DNA of 38,193 nucleotides from Octopus sinensis (Eukaryota). The stretch spans positions 1-38,193 of the forward strand of contig NW_021835868.1 of the NCBI RefSeq assembly GCF_006345805.1, in the 5' to 3' direction. The notes beneath the pieces were generated by a model. The model saw nothing but the letters and a program-made list of their open reading frames with translations, did not search any database and was not told where the DNA came from. Below are positions 35,559 to 38,193 of this stretch, in pieces (the first letter of the stretch is position 1; each line of letters begins with the position of its first letter). The position numbers and the translations under genes are program-made.

Positions 35559-36104
35559 GCTCATGGCTTAGTGGTTAGAATAAAAGGGTGCCATACCTCT
35601 TCTGCGAGGCCGAAGAATTTCAAGAGCCAGCGAACCGCAGAGAAAGTCACGATGATTCTTTTGCGGGATGACAAGGATGTAATTCTCTTCATTTGGATGG
35701 AATGTCGTTGCACACTGAACTGCAATTAGTACTCTGTAACTAAAAAATAATTAGTGGATCTATTAAGAAGAAGAAAATTAAGAAGAACCTAAAAATGATC
35801 CTCATTCAGCTGAACTGGTTCTCCGTTTGCTAACGACGATTTCACTCACGATTGTGTGTTCGATATCCGGCGCCGAGCTGTGTCCTTGAGCAAGACTCTC
35901 TATTTCAGTTGCTCCAGTCCACTCAGCTGGCAAAAACGAATCATACCTGTAATTCAAAACGGACAGCCTTGTCACATCCTCTGACCCACTGAAGAGCTAA
36001 GTCAAGTGTATTTCTCAACCACTTGGACGATAATTTCACCAGTAATTTGTTCCGTTGATGAGACAAACTAGAATGCTCATCGTCGTTAGCAAACGGAGAA
36101 CCAG
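35559..36104 (+). mobile_element. tRNA-derived SINE (family C-related tail type 2) with its head interrupted by an inverted duplication
   Basis: A-box 'catggcttagtggttag' (35559-35580), head resumes 'ttcactcacgat...gttcgatatcc' at ~35841, CORE-like 'gtgtccttgagcaagac', tail to 'cgtcgttagcaaacggagaacc'. Confidence 0.7.
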
Positions 36105-36339
36105 TTCAGGCTGATGAGGATCATTTTTAGGATCTTGTTCATTTTGTTCCTCTTAATAGATCCACTAATTATTTTTTAGTTACAGAGTACTGATTGCAGT
36201 TCAGAGTGCAACGAAATTCCATCCAAATGAAGAAAATTACGTCCTTGTCATCAAGCAAAAAGAACCATCGTCAATTTCTTTGCGGCTCGCTGGCCCTTGA
36301 ACCCCTTCGGCCTCGGAGAAGAGGTATGGCACCATTTTA
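35581..36339. repeat. Diverged ~260-bp inverted repeat (35581-35840 versus 36079-36339)
   Basis: For example 'gtactctgtaactaaaaaataattagtggatctattaag' versus 'cttaatagatccactaattattttttagttacagagtac'; outer parts are more diverged. Confidence 0.85.
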
Positions 36340-36436
36340 TGGACTGAGTCTTCCTGTTCGTATAATATAGATACAACTACGTTTCCTATTCTGCCAAGAA
36401 ATCGGAGGAAAACTGTCTTCTTCAAACATTTTCAGC

Positions 36437-36700
36437 AGGAGTGGCTGTGTGGTAAGTAGCTTGCTTACCGGCCACATGGTTCCGGGTTCAGTCCCACTGC
36501 GTGGCACCTTGAGCAAGTGTCTGCTGCTATAGTCTCGAGCCGAACAAAGCCTTGAGAGTGGATTTGGTAGGCGGAAACTGAAAGAAGCTCGTCGTATATA
36601 TGTATATATGTATATATATATGTATGTGTCTGTGTCTGTGTGTTTGTGTGTCTGTGCTTGTCTCCTCAACATCGCTTGACAACCGATGCTGGTTGAGTAA
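36437..36700 (+). mobile_element. SINE family B, 3'-truncated
   Basis: 'ggagtggctgtgtggtaagtagcttgc...gggttcagtcccactgcgtggcaccttgagcaagtgtc...gcttgacaaccgatgctgg'. Confidence 0.88.
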
Positions 36701-37269
36701 AGAGTAAGAGTATATGAACTTTCCCGACCAATCATAAGTCCAAACTAAAAATATAGATATTAACTATGGAATGTGAACCTAACTCGCTCTATCTTTAATG
36801 CATAGCTGACATTAGGAATTCAATTGTGCTAATTGGAAAGGAATGGAGAAGAGACATTAAATACCAGGTGTTATTTTTAATAATACCATATTGCAAATGA
36901 GATTTCAATAACTCCGTGAACAATTGACATGCAAGCGAAGCAAAGTTCTACCGACAACACCTATAATTTGCTGTCCATTTGACTTTGCAGCCAACTGGCA
37001 ACCAATCAAAACCGATACACATATTCATGTGATTACAATTTCATTTCCAATCTTATGGGATTTCCAATATCGAACGACGATACGCGCGTAAACACACACA
37101 CAAAACACTTACATACATATACATGCAAACACACACACACACACACACACTACGTACCCGTGCGGACACACATAGTAACGACACAGTCGCAGCACATTCC
37201 CATAAACACATGCACATATGCACTCATTCGGTCCTTCATTCTATTCTTTCTTTGTTATCCATTCAGAGA

Positions 37270-37493
37270 AACAGATCAGTAATATATATATATATATATT
37301 ATATATATATATATATATTATATATGTATGTATAAACATAAATATATACAACATATATATATATAATGCGTGTATTTATAATATATATATATATATGTAT
37401 ACATATATTACTTATATATGCATATATAATCTTATACAATACAGACACTAATTGGATGTCCATTTCTGTATGATTATCTAATTATATACATCA

Positions 37494-37566
<73 letters not shown>

Positions 37567-37656
37567 TGTATATCCATAACTTTGTGTCTATATACACACA
37601 TTATATATGCATATATATCCATGTAGACATGTATATTTATATATATGTATGTAGAG

Positions 37657-37688
<32 letters not shown>

Positions 37689-37760
37689 CATAAATATATA
37701 CATACATACTTATATGTATGTATATATATACATATATACACATATATATATGTAAATAAT
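37270..37760. repeat. (TA)n-rich microsatellite
   Basis: Directly visible. Confidence 0.95.
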
Positions 37761-38193
37761 GTGAGGCAAAATATCAAGATGCATATCATACATTGTACAA
37801 ACGTTAAATATTACCTGATAGAGAACTCCCTGAGAATTGACTGAGTAGATTGGACAAATATATTTATATCAACAACTGCCAGTCAACACAAGTTTAACCG
37901 TTCTTTAATCGCGATAGCCACAATTAGCCAAGGGTGAAACCATAAATGTAATTGTATACGTCTGTCTTACAGACTGAAGTAGGAAGTGAAAGGAATACGA
38001 TTCTCTCAAATGTAGCAGTTCTCATCGAGAAGAGATTGAGAGCGAAAACACCAAAGATCCAGTTCTTGTGAAATTATTTCTAAGACTTGAACACAATGCT
38101 GCGGAAATAGAAAATCAGAGAGGTCAACTTATCTCCTCTTTCTCTCTCTCTCTCGATATATATATATATATATATATATACATTAATAAATAA

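Noticed and set aside
36111-36160. CTGATGAG within the inverted-repeat arm
   Set aside because: No GAAA after the possible stem, and the other arm reads CTGAATGAG.
37973-38122. Good acceptor (tctgtcttacag) followed by a possible exon
   Set aside because: All three frames hit stops before a credible donor.

Overview
AT-rich eukaryotic non-coding DNA, most likely octopus/coleoid cephalopod (inferred from the microsatellite load and the tRNA-derived SINE families; not database-confirmed). I could not support any host-gene exon, real tRNA/rRNA gene or CRISPR array, and the long ORFs in the track are almost all translated microsatellites. The window holds three tRNA-derived SINE families in many copies, a 409-bp MITE with an 8-bp TSD, and fossils of R4/Dong-type, RTE-type and Penelope-like (Neptune-type) reverse transcriptases. 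The main result is a set of hammerhead-ribozyme (HHR) retroelements. (i) At 30567-31619 a young 355-bp unit is present as one inverted plus two tandem copies, each with a type I minimal HHR carrying a compensatory U3-A8 core (UUGAUAA...GAAA...GUC), which is the layout of a non-LTR retrozyme that could yield a 355-nt circular RNA. (ii) At 16059-17364 a ~565-bp inverted-repeat pair resembles Penelope pseudo-LTRs, with an intact HHR in one arm and a G5A-mutated twin in the other. (iii) A decayed Penelope-like RT and a ~50-bp-stem hairpin lie ~1.7 kb downstream of (i). All ribozyme calls come from hand-folding the sequence, not from assays.
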